The notes under the pieces were generated by a model, which was not told the origin of the DNA, ran no database searches, and was given only the letters and a program-made list of their open reading frames with translations. This document shows positions 1 through 10,100 of a DNA stretch of 64,000 nt, one piece after another. Source of the DNA: Eutreptiella sp. 'Long Island Sound 2002' (Eukaryota > Protista > Euglenida). Positions within the stretch are counted from its first letter, which is position 1. Every line of letters begins with the position of its first letter. The stretch lies in contig OZ038378.1 in the NCBI GenBank assembly GCA_964036045.1, positions 6,324,001-6,388,000 of the forward strand. The letters are read 5' to 3'. The translations under genes were made by a program, and so were the position numbers.

Positions 1-52
1 GACCGTATTAATCCCGTACTTTTGCGTAGCTATTACAAGGGGGGGGGGGGGG
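1..52. mobile_element. Right end of a TA-flanked MITE (same family as 23543-24021 and 55509-55783)
   Basis: GCGTAGCTATTACAAG+poly-G (24-52) is the reverse complement (1 mismatch) of the CCCCCCCCCCCTTGTAAAAGCTACGC terminus at 23543. It is followed by TA. GACCGTATTAAT at 1-12 matches the subterminal sequence at ~23972. Confidence 0.6.
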
Positions 53-1347
53 TAGCAGGTGCAATATTGCTATGGTGCTCACATCTCCCCATATCCTTTG
101 ATGTTTGTGCCGCGTGTGCATGGGCTCATTTGACGTCCCCTTGAAATTTCTATCGTCTTCCATGGCTCAACTGAGCGGCAGTGACACAGCAAGCGTTCAC
201 TTGGCAGAGCAAAGTCCTCAGGGCTATAGTCTGGAGGGGACCGGAAAGCTCAGGAACACAAACCGGTTATTCCTTCATCGTGTCGCTGCCCTGGATGTAG
301 CGAACACCGTTATTCCGACCGACCCCTGCGCGAAAGTGTACCATGAGGATGCTGTCCCCTTCTCCACAGTTTTGTCTCCTGTTTGGAGGCTACAGTTGCA
401 GGCAGTGCGCTGCTGTCATCACGTCTCTCTCACGCAATGAACGAGCACAAAAACGAGGCGCCCAAATAGAGAGCGCGCGGCGCCGATTGCAAGGCTGGGC
501 TGCAAAATGTTTCTCGAGATTTGGCGCAAATGTGGGGCAAATCAGACCAAATCAAGCCCGAAACCATTCTTCGCATCCTGCTAGGCTGACTGGGACTCTG
601 AAGTGGCCTCAACATGCAAAGCAAGTCTGGTTTTCCTCATCTTATCCGCGTTGCACGTGAGGCAATGCATGGGACGTCGCCATCTTTTTGCAGACATGCA
701 TTTTACGCCAGATCATCGTCTGTGTTGAGGAACCTACCAGAGACAGGATCGGCATGAAGCAGCCTGACTGCGAAAATGTCTTGCACGACAGCTATACAAG
801 AGACTGCACCTCAAATGGGCCCTGAAAGATATGATCTTTTGTCCAGAAATGCTGTTGGTGGAGGTTCAGAAGGCGGTGGTATTTGTTCTTTATTGAAACG
901 GAATTTCTGTCTGGGTTGTTGTCAGTGTCTGGTTTTCCAGCACGGTACGAAACAACGCAATTTTAAAGCGGAGCAATGGTGCATTCTGCAAATGTCGTTT
1001 GAGGGTTGTGGAGCGTCAAATAGCAGGTGAAGGGTTGTTTTAGGGTTGTATTTGAGGGTTGTGCAGATTGGGGTGGTCGGTTGAGGAAGGGTCAGAGGAG
1101 AGGGTGACAGAAAGGGGCGGGAAAAAAAGGAGGTGGGGGGGGGGCTGCTGGGGGTTGGTGACGGTTGCAAAGGATTGTGGACAGTCATGGAGGCTCACAA
1201 TATTGAGTGGAGAGTTGGGGGTGGGTAAAGTTCATAACCCCCGGTGACCGGCGTTTGTTTGACTGCGGCCGCTCACACGTATCGGCAGGAACCGTCTGTG
1301 GCACTGTGCGGCCTTTGCCCGCCCTCGTCCGCGGGGAAGCAGGGCCC

Positions 1348-3123
1348 ATGAGCTTTGTGGCCAGTGCGGATGACGAGAAGTTCCTCCGTCTCAGCGCCGA
1401 GCACGACCCGCCCCGGCCCTCCACCCCCCCCTCCCCCCTCCCCATCGGCCCCCCGCTGTCGGGGCTGCTGTGGATTGGGGACCTGCTTTGCATACTGCCC
1501 CCCGCCCCCAAGGCGCGCTGCCTGTCGTGCAGCGCGGGGCTCCTCCGCCAGCGGGACTCCGCCTGCTACCTCACGCTGACGGCGGGGGATCACAGTGTAC
1601 AGTCGCCGGTCTCCACCGGGGCCAAGCAGCTGCAGTGGCCCGGCCCCATGGTCCTCTCGGTGGTGCAGGGGGTCGTGGAGCTGGCGATCGAGCTCTGGCA
1701 GAAGCGCCCGCTCTGGCGCCCGCGGCTCCTGGGCAGCGCCCTGCTGCCGCTCGCCGTCTTGGGGCGGGGGCGCGCCGCGCCGCTGCGGCTGCGGCTTGAC
1801 CGTCGCCCGCGGACGGCGCGGCCGCCGCTGCTGGCGCTGCGGCTGTACACCGCCGACTTCGGGGCGGCGCCCACGACGGCCCCGCAGTTCCATCTGCGGT
1901 GCTCGAGCCCCGCGCTGAAGGGGGCGGAGCGGTTCAAGGGCGTGGGGACCCCCTTTGTGTTCCCCTCGGGCTGCCCCCCCCTGGGCCTGTACTACAAAGG
2001 GCGGCCGACGCCGGACATGTGCCGGGGGCAGGCCCACGTGGCGGTGGTCGCCCCGGGCCTGACCGCCGCCGGCGCGGCCGTGACGTTCGTGGCGGTGAAG
2101 ACCGTCCACCTGCTGCACGGCGACCAGAGCAAAGCGGTGCAGAACCGCCTGGACCTGATGTACGCGGCGTGCGAGGGGGACGTCGCGTTCGGCGTGGCCG
2201 TGGGGCCCCCGGCCCCCGCCGAGCGCCTCGCCAGGACCGGCCTGAGCTACAGCGTCGTGACCGGGCGGCTGGAGGCGTTCGACGAGGTCGTGGGGGTGTC
2301 GAACACGAAGCAGCGGTGGAGCCCGGCCCTGCGGCACCGCGAGGCCGTCCGCCTGTCGGTCCGGGCGAACGGGACGCTGAGCGTCGAGCGGTCGGGCGTC
2401 CCCGTCCTGTTCGAGTGGGTGGGCTCCTGGGCCGAGACGGGGCCCCGGCCCCTGCCCCTCCCGCAGACCGCGCAGCTCCACTTTGCCGTGCAGCTGTCGT
2501 CCCCGCGGTACTTCATCGACGTCGAGCACGCCGCCGCGGCGGAGCCCGCGGCGCCGCCGCACGCGGACGGCGCGCCGGGCCCGGGCGCGGGGGCCGCGGT
2601 CCAGGACCGCGGCGAGGCCGGGGGGCCGCTGCCGCAGCCGCAGGCCGGCGGTGCGCCGCAGCCGGACCGGCCCCTGAAGTCTGCCTTGAAGGGCGCGAGC
2701 GGCCGCGTGCCGGAGACGGGGGTCCGCGCGCGCGCGCAGGAGCAGGAGGGCGATGCCCCGCAGCCGGGCCCGAGGACCGCCTCGCCGGACTTGGAAGGGG
2801 CCGCGCCGCAGGCGGGGGCCCGGCCCCGCGTGCATTTCGGCGGATGCTCCCCGGAACCCGCCGCCTCCGAGGCCGCGTCGCCCCCTGAGCCCTGCCCGGA
2901 CCCCCCGCCCCCGCGGCGCCGCCCTCCCCCGTCCATGCGCCGCACCCACGCCGCCTTTCAGAAGGCCCATCCCGCGTCCCCGGCGCCCCTCGCCCCGAAG
3001 GCCAAGGCGGTCCAGTTCCCCGCGGAGCTCCTCTACGCCCACGCCCGGCGCCCCAGCGCCGAGCGCTTGGGGACGTTTGTGACCCTGGGCCCCGGTGCCG
3101 CGGCGGTCAGCCGCACGGGGTAG
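1348..3123 (+). CDS. Protein (~590 aa) with a C2-like domain, a SPRY/concanavalin-like domain and a Pro/Ala-rich tail; may be a large terminal exon rather than a whole gene
   Basis: Long ORF (track 1207-3123, first ATG at 1348) with very strong G/C bias at third codon positions. CYLTLTAG..QSPV..W..MVLSV..VELAIELWQK...LLGSALLPL resembles a C2 domain. VAFGVAVG..GLSYS..GRL..AVRLSVRANGTLSV..LP..LHFAVQL resembles SPRY. Domain calls are by eye. Confidence 0.7.
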   Translation: MSFVASADDEKFLRLSAEHDPPRPSTPPSPLPIGPPLSGLLWIGDLLCILPPAPKARCLSCSAGLLRQRDSACYLTLTAGDHSVQSPVSTGAKQLQWPGPMVLSVVQGVVELAIELWQKRPLWRPRLLGSALLPLAVLGRGRAAPLRLRLDRRPRTARPPLLALRLYTADFGAAPTTAPQFHLRCSSPALKGAERFKGVGTPFVFPSGCPPLGLYYKGRPTPDMCRGQAHVAVVAPGLTAAGAAVTFVAVKTVHLLHGDQSKAVQNRLDLMYAACEGDVAFGVAVGPPAPAERLARTGLSYSVVTGRLEAFDEVVGVSNTKQRWSPALRHREAVRLSVRANGTLSVERSGVPVLFEWVGSWAETGPRPLPLPQTAQLHFAVQLSSPRYFIDVEHAAAAEPAAPPHADGAPGPGAGAAVQDRGEAGGPLPQPQAGGAPQPDRPLKSALKGASGRVPETGVRARAQEQEGDAPQPGPRTASPDLEGAAPQAGARPRVHFGGCSPEPAASEAASPPEPCPDPPPPRRRPPPSMRRTHAAFQKAHPASPAPLAPKAKAVQFPAELLYAHARRPSAERLGTFVTLGPGAAAVSRTG

Positions 3124-4615
3124 CGGGGCCGAACGGGGCGCTGCCCCCCCCGTCCCTTTGGGCAACGTGGCGTGACATCTCACACGACCCCCGCGCCGTG
3201 GGCGGTGGAGGGCCCCCAGGCCGTCCAGACGGACAGCACGCCAACCCCAGGTTTCCCCAGAAACCCCAGTTTGGCCCCACTGCCCCTCTTGTTCACAGTT
3301 GCAGTTGCAGCCGCGCGCTCCCGATGTTCGACTTTTACTGTGCTTTGTCAGGAGGGCAAAGGGACTTGGGCAACCAGCCAACCCCAGCCCATTCCCGGCC
3401 GACAGATCACCCGACAACACGCCGCACACCCCCGCATGCCACACCCCACGGGCTATGATCGAAGGATTATTCCGACGAAGGAGTGCACGCAGGCCCGCGG
3501 TCCCTTCGACGGAAAGAGCGCCCGAGGGGTGCGGTGTGTAGAAGGCGCTCCAAACCTCGCGGTCATTGGAATGACTGCACGCGGCGTGGGCGTGACTGCC
3601 AGGGGGGCAGGGCTGCTGCGATCCCAAGCAGTGGGGCAGGCATTCCACCCTCAACCGCAAAACCGCAACCCCCCTTTTCTACCGTTCGGTGCAGATCTGG
3701 TCGGCGCTGCGGGAGCAGTCGGGCAAAAGAATGGTGATTGTGGAGCATGGAATGGATTGAACGGAGGGAGTCTGGCATGAGGGCAGGGTCATGCCGGTGA
3801 TCTTAAAACCCGGACGTCACGGCCTTTTCCACCGTCACAAATGATGGGCCAGCAACCGCCAGTCACTCGGAAGATGCATGTGCTGCACGGTACCCAACCC
3901 GCCGTGATGGGACACCAGCCCCCCGACACACGCGGGGATGTGGCCCAGCCAGTCCCACATGGAGGGTCTGACCCAAGAGGAAGGGGGGCGTGGGAAGGGG
4001 CCGGATGGCGGCCGCAGGTCACGGTGGCCTGGGGCGTCTGGCCCCCGGCACTGCGGACCTGACATTGCTTTCCCTGACAAGCACCCAACTCCTTTGCAAT
4101 AACGCCCCAGGGCCTTGTAGGCCTCTGCCCTTTGTAACACACACACCCGCACTCACCCGCACCTGCACTTGACGGCCACTGCAGTATTCACACTTCCACA
4201 AGGGCAGGCTTCTGAAGCGGGATCGGCAACTCCCTCGGTTTCCGGACGCACACGTGTGTGTGGAGTCATGAACGGGTTTTGTTGCCTGCAGTTCTGTTCT
4301 TTGCAGGACCATGGGAGAGGCTGTTTACGATGACGGGTGCGGCTGCTGCCCACAGGGGGAGCAGTCAGCCACCAAAGTGCATCATTAACCCTATGCCCAA
4401 AAGGCACGCCTATTTTTGGGTTGTTTGCACATCAACACAGGCGCACGCACACACTGCTCTCATTGTGTTGTGCTGGGCAAATGGCCGGGAAAGGTATGAT
4501 GAGCGCAAGCCAAAAGAAGTTGTTGCGCGAACAGGTCTGTAGAGAGGTGATGGATGATAGCAAATGCCATTGTATGGTTTCCAAAATGCCTGGGCATCAC
4601 ACCCACACACCTACA

Positions 4616-5105
4616 AGGATCCCCGGCTCACTCAACCGGACTAAGCGTAGGTCTCGCAACCGTAAGGTCGTGGGATCGATCCCCGGTGAGGGCATGTCTG
4701 GAGGCGGGCGGTGGCAGCCGTGCGTCAAGGGCATCCTTTCTGTGGAAATCGCCAAATTGAGTAGGCCGTGGAGGCCGCCTCGCTGCCGCGAGCACCACCA
4801 GCTGTGAAAACCCCAATACACACACGACACACGGGGCGACATGGCGATGACGGGCTCGTTACCGTAACTATTACCGTGGAGCTGGCCCGGCGGAAGCCAC
4901 GGAGCTACCACCCCACTTCCAGGGTGGTCCTGGGGCAGCGAGCCAGGTTCTGGCCTAAGTGCATATCGCACCGGTCGAGGGGCAATACAGGGATGCACCC
5001 CTGGCCTGCACCGAAGGCCTGCTATAATGGGGAGCAACCCGACCCGAGGACGCCAGTGTGGCCATACAGGTCCAACCGGGAAGACCTGGTAAAAAACGGT
5101 ACTAC
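4616..5105 (+). mobile_element. tRNA-headed SINE-like element 1 (~490 bp) with 18-bp TSD
   Basis: Exact direct repeat CACACCCACACACCTACA at 4598-4615 and 5106-5123. The head has tRNA-like anticodon/T-arm sequence with a B-box-like GGGATCGATCCCC (~4672-4684). The body shares blocks with the element at 22063 (GCCGTGCGTCAAGGGCATCCT vs GCTGTGCGTCGAAGGCACCT). Confidence 0.75.
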
Positions 5106-5129
5106 CACACCCACACACCTACACACACA

Positions 5130-5189
5130 GGTGTTTTGTTTGGTGCCTGCCAGCTGGTGACACTGCATACCCAACCGAAAGCCAAACAG
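5130..5189 (+). ncRNA. Candidate minimal HDV-like (nested double pseudoknot) self-cleaving ribozyme, copy A
   Basis: Hand-folded. P1 5130-5135/5159-5164 opens with G.U. P2 5137-5144/5181-5188. P3 GCC/GGU 5145-5147/5156-5158. L3 UGCCAGCU. P1.1 GC/GC 5149-5150/5165-5166. J4/2 CGAAA with candidate catalytic C5176. No P4. Confidence 0.75.
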
Positions 5190-5274
5190 GCACGTACATC
5201 GGTAACCTCAACTACACGGGCGGCCCCTGGGCTGGTGCACCCCCTGCCTGGCACGACCTCACGGGTCACACAAA

Positions 5275-7095
5275 ATGTCCGCAATCACGCATGAAATTTT
5301 GGAAGCATTGCAGCGCCCGGAGCTCCTGGAAGCTCTGGCTGCTGCCCTTGCGCCACTACTCAGTGGGCGGAGCTCGCCGAAGCCGAAGCCAACGGCATCT
5401 GTCGCTGCTGCTACTCCAGCTGCAACTACAAGGGAAGAGGAGCTCCTCGGCATTATCCGGGAACTGAGAGGCACTGTCAAAGATTTGCGCGCGGCGCTGC
5501 AAGCGGCAGGAGGTACGCTTACACCCTCGAAAGCACAGGCCAATGCGGCCAAGGATGAAACCCCCTCATACCGGGAGGCGCTACAACGACGAATGAAAAC
5601 CCAAAGCAGGCTTGTCGTGCAGGATGTCCCAGACCTGGGGGAACCACTGCAGCCCACGGCGACTGCGGTGCATGAGATTGAGGGCAAATACGGCTTCACT
5701 GCGGTCCAAGGGCGCCGCATCTACCAGGGAGAGCACAAGACCGCACTCAAATCGCTGCAACAGATAGGAGCAAACAAGCCTGTCAATGATTGGAAAGTCA
5801 CAGAGGCCACGGCGAAGGCCTTCGAACACGTCTTGCTTGTGGGACAGCCGCTGGCGGAAGCGCACGCGATAGCAACACAGGCTCTAATGAAATATGACAG
5901 CATCCAGAGCGTCAGCGCACACGTGCTAGCGACGAATTGCAGACGAGGAGTGGTCAATGTGCCAGGCATTCTGGCAGCGCTTGGCAGCTCACGGGAGTGC
6001 TTACATATCAAGGATTTCATTCTCAGTATCAAGGTCGTTACCAAACGTATGTCTTGGGAAGTCAAGAGAGACCCGGGTGTGGCTGTGATCCCGCCTGAGC
6101 ATTCCATTCTGCTTTGCTGGGAACGACCCAGGGACGGAGTTGAAGGAAAGGACACGGAGCCAGAGGTTCTACCTCAGGACAAAGCCGCAATTCGGATAGT
6201 GTGCTGCTTAGACCCTTCCGTACTGCGCGCGGGACAGGACGGCACCAAAGTCAAGGCATCCCGCTGGGCTGAAAACACGTGCTGGGAGCTGACAGCCCCC
6301 CTACTCCAGCCGGCTCTCACCAGTCCCCCACCCATGCAAGTGGGCAAGAGGGGTAGCAAGTATGAAGTCACGGTGGTGCTACCAGCGCCCATGGCTAAGC
6401 AGGTGCTCTGCAGCAGTGGCAAAATCGTCGGCCTGGAATACAGGTTGTTTATGAGCAAAACCGTCGATGTCGATGACGTGAAGGCCAACATGGTCTGGGT
6501 CAAGCTCCCTCCATCCAACAAGCGCTCCATTTCGAAGCAGTGGCGCAGATTAAGCAAGCAGCCTTGGTTCGCAGGCCTCATGGCAGGGGACAAGGACGAC
6601 AGACTCGGGGTACGAGTATGGGGGGGGGCTGTCTTGCCCGAAACCAGGGAGGAGATCGCAGGACTGTTGGGCATACAACTCACCCCCCCAGTGACACGAG
6701 TGAGAGTGAGAGGCTATGGTATTTCTATGGGCCTTGTCTCAGGGTCGCAGTCTGCGGCCCAAAGGGAGGCTGACCGCGTTTTCGGCGCCAACACTGTCAA
6801 AGTGCAACGATGTCAACACCTGAAACACAGTGGGCTGATCAACCCTGTGTTTGATATGGATATTACGGGAGTCCCCCCAGACTGGGAGGGCTGCACTGCA
6901 CCGGCGAAAGATTCGCGGATGCCTGTCCGTAGGTGGCACCTATGTCTGCGTAAATCCACTGGCCCCTCATACACCCCAGTGGGGAAAAACACGACGCTCC
7001 CTGCGATCCAGGGGTGTGCCTTGCCTGATGATGAAGAAATGGAGGACTCGCCTGCAGGAGCCCCTGCGGCAGAGGAGGATGAGAGCATTCTCTGA
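5275..7095 (+). CDS. LINE ORF1 protein (606 aa), N-terminal predicted helical/coiled-coil region
   Basis: Intact ATG-TGA ORF directly upstream of the APE-RT ORF. Conserved in copy B. No CCHC knuckle recognised. Confidence 0.85.
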   Translation: MSAITHEILEALQRPELLEALAAALAPLLSGRSSPKPKPTASVAAATPAATTREEELLGIIRELRGTVKDLRAALQAAGGTLTPSKAQANAAKDETPSYREALQRRMKTQSRLVVQDVPDLGEPLQPTATAVHEIEGKYGFTAVQGRRIYQGEHKTALKSLQQIGANKPVNDWKVTEATAKAFEHVLLVGQPLAEAHAIATQALMKYDSIQSVSAHVLATNCRRGVVNVPGILAALGSSRECLHIKDFILSIKVVTKRMSWEVKRDPGVAVIPPEHSILLCWERPRDGVEGKDTEPEVLPQDKAAIRIVCCLDPSVLRAGQDGTKVKASRWAENTCWELTAPLLQPALTSPPPMQVGKRGSKYEVTVVLPAPMAKQVLCSSGKIVGLEYRLFMSKTVDVDDVKANMVWVKLPPSNKRSISKQWRRLSKQPWFAGLMAGDKDDRLGVRVWGGAVLPETREEIAGLLGIQLTPPVTRVRVRGYGISMGLVSGSQSAAQREADRVFGANTVKVQRCQHLKHSGLINPVFDMDITGVPPDWEGCTAPAKDSRMPVRRWHLCLRKSTGPSYTPVGKNTTLPAIQGCALPDDEEMEDSPAGAPAAEEDESIL

Positions 7096-7125
7096 ACCCC
7101 CCCCCCCCCTGGAAGATGGCACTGA

Positions 7126-10100
7126 GTCACAGGTCCTCTAAAATTCGTCCACACAAACGTTACCTCTTTGCGCGTTCATCACGAGGACGTATTCAATTTT
7201 CAGGCAGATGTGATTGGAATGGAAGAAACCCGGCTCACTGAGGCTGGGCAACGCTGCATGAGGGCAATTGCAAAAGATTGGGGCTGGGAATGCCACTGGG
7301 GAAAACCCCTGGGCTCCCCAACGGGGGGCATCTGGGGAGCTCCCCAAGGAGGGGTGGGACTTTTGTTCAGGAAGGGCTGGAGTGTCCGCAAGGTTGAGCC
7401 AGATCCAGACGACCCGATTGCCTGCAGGCTGTGGCATTCGGGGCGCTGGCTACACACACGGGCAGGAATCGGTGCAGGGCACTGTGTGCTGAACATATGT
7501 GTAGCCTATGGCATACCAGGCAACGAATCTTTGAACCAGGAGTTCTGGGAGCAGGTGGTCTGCTATATGAGCAAACTAGGCAATGCCGGATGCATCCTGC
7601 TAACGGACGCAAATTTCAATTTCGACCTGCTGCACAAAGTTCCTGCCGCACTCCTGACGGCGCTGGCAGACGGCTGGCTGGTGGATGCCGACCGCACTTT
7701 TAGCGTTCTCCATGGCACACCATGTGCATGTGGCTTCACGACAGCAGGCAAACCCCCCAACCGCATTGACGGCCTCCTGGTCACCCCAGCGCAAGCAGGC
7801 ACGTTGACTGATGTCACAGCGCTGAAGTCTCATTCCCTCCCTGGGCATGCTCCAGTGTGCTTCACTTTCTCGCTTGACGCCCCAATGCAGAAAGTTGTTA
7901 AAATGAAGAAACTGCCTCCTTTCTCCCCCCCCCCCAGATCAGCTGAGGACACTCAGAAAATCTGTGACTCGCTGCTCCGGCCACACAAGGCAGGTTGGAA
8001 TGCCCTGCTGCAACAAGGGAATGTCAATGACATTTGGAACAGGTGGACCTGGCTGGCCGAGGAAGTAGGCATGGCGCTCACATGCACGCATCTTACACTG
8101 GACACCCCCAGCCCCACACTCCCATTTGCACCCAAGAGTGCCCCACGGGGACGTGGCACGGAGCGAATGTTGCAGGACACTACGCTAGCTCCGACAGGCC
8201 TGGCGCCGAACGGCGGCCCACGCACGCGCATACTTTCCAAAATCACGGGGACCTTGGGAGCCCTTCGTTCGGTCATCCAGTGGCAACGTGCCCAGCTAGG
8301 CATCAGGGGCAAACGAGTCCCGGCATCCGCCAAACACAAAGCCAGCCAGGTTTTCAGGCCAGGGGTGGTGCCCAGACAGGTGGAACTATCGTGGCAGGCC
8401 GCGTGCCGCCGCATGCGCAAAACGGCGCTGGCCTTTCGTGAGGACCTGCTGCTTCATGAATTTGTGGCCAGTGCCCCTGACCCCTCCCTCCCACTCATAC
8501 GCCCCCTGCCAACGCTGGTAGACTGCATGTCGCTGTATGACAGCCTGTGCGCACTGGGGAAGAGATATGCCCGATATGAAGAGCGCACGCGCATTGATAA
8601 ATGGAAATCCAAAATGGACCAGGCCTGGCTGGACAGGCCAAAGGAGGTTTATCAGTGGATACAGAACGAGTACCAACCTCCTCTGGTTATGCTCCTGGAC
8701 CCAGACACAAGCCAACCAACGGCGAACATCCCCCGCATGGATGAAATTCTTCATGCCTCTTGGGACCAGGTTATGCGAAAATATGCAGACACCCCAGAGC
8801 CAGACGTGCACGCTTTTGCACAGAAGTATGATAAGTTTCTGATAAAGGGAGTGCAGATGCAGTCCACCCCTATCACAGGGTCTCGGCTCGCGCAACGCCT
8901 TAGAAAGATGGGTGTTCACACAGCCACCGGCCTGGATGGCTGGTGTGTTTCGGACCTACTACTGCTGCCCACCTGTCTGCTGGACATGCTGTCAGAAATT
9001 CTGTTTCTAGTTGAGGCAACAGGAACCTGGCCCAGGGTCCTGGCGAGGGGATACGTCTCGCTGATCCCGAAAGGGGAAGGGATGATGCCGATGCAGCAAC
9101 GCCCACTGTCCGTACTGTCCCAGATCTATAGGGTCTGGGCAGGGATCAGGTTAGAAGAATGCATGGTGTGGCAGGAACTGTGGATCCACCCGCACGCTTA
9201 CGGCTTTCGCAAGAAGCGCGGCGCCACTGATGCGGCCGCCTTTATCTCCATGCTCATTGAGCTACACAAACTGATGAAAGCAGTTCTGCATGGTTTTGGA
9301 TTAGACTACATAAAATGCTTCGATTTAATCCCACAATCCATTGTACTGCATATTGCACTGACGCAGGGGATGGATTTGGGCACACACAGGGCCCTCTCTG
9401 GCATGTATCGCACTCTCACAAGGTGCTTTAAAATAATGGGGTGTTTGGCCAGTTTTTTCGATGCCACCAATGGCATCCTCCAGGGCTGCCCATTGAGTGT
9501 GATACTCATCAATCTCCTGACCTCGGTCTGGAAGCGGGTGCTGGATGCACAGCAACAGGGCATCAAAGTCGCAGTACAGGCCCTCCCCCCCAGCGATCAG
9601 CCAGCGCAGGCCCTGCACTTCATCCTAACTGCCCTTGGGTATGCGGATGACACTTATGGGTTTGCAGCCGGAAGCAATACCCTCACCCCCCTGCTAGACT
9701 GCACCACTGACTGGCTTGAGGACACGGGTCAAGGGGTGAACGCGAAGAAATCTGTCGGTTTTTCGTCAGACGCCCGTCACCCAGTGAAGGCAGCATTACA
9801 GGGGGTGCCCTTCCCTATCTCTTCTGAGTTTAAGTCCCTGGGCGCGGGGGTCCGCACCACGGACGCGACTTGTTCGGGACCGCTCATCAAGAAAAGGATT
9901 TCCAGAGCCTGCAGCCTCCTGGATAGGGTGCATGGCGCTCAGGGCAATTTTGAAAGGAGATGCGACATCATCTCCACAATGATCACGGCCACTGGCCTGC
10001 ACGCAGCAGAAATAGTGCCACTTCAGCCCAGAGACCTCCTGCCCTTCGAGACTAAGGTCATGCAGACCATTTGGGGACGGTCACGGCCCGGTAGGGCCAA

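Noticed and set aside
1273-3660. 795-aa minus-strand ORF
   Set aside because: Antisense shadow of the GC3-rich plus-strand gene; low-complexity Arg/Gly/Ala translation with no motifs.
4620-4695. Functional tRNA genes at the two SINE heads (also 22070-22140)
   Set aside because: The acceptor and anticodon stems do not pair properly and the T-loop is ATCGAT(C/T). Better explained as tRNA-derived SINE heads.
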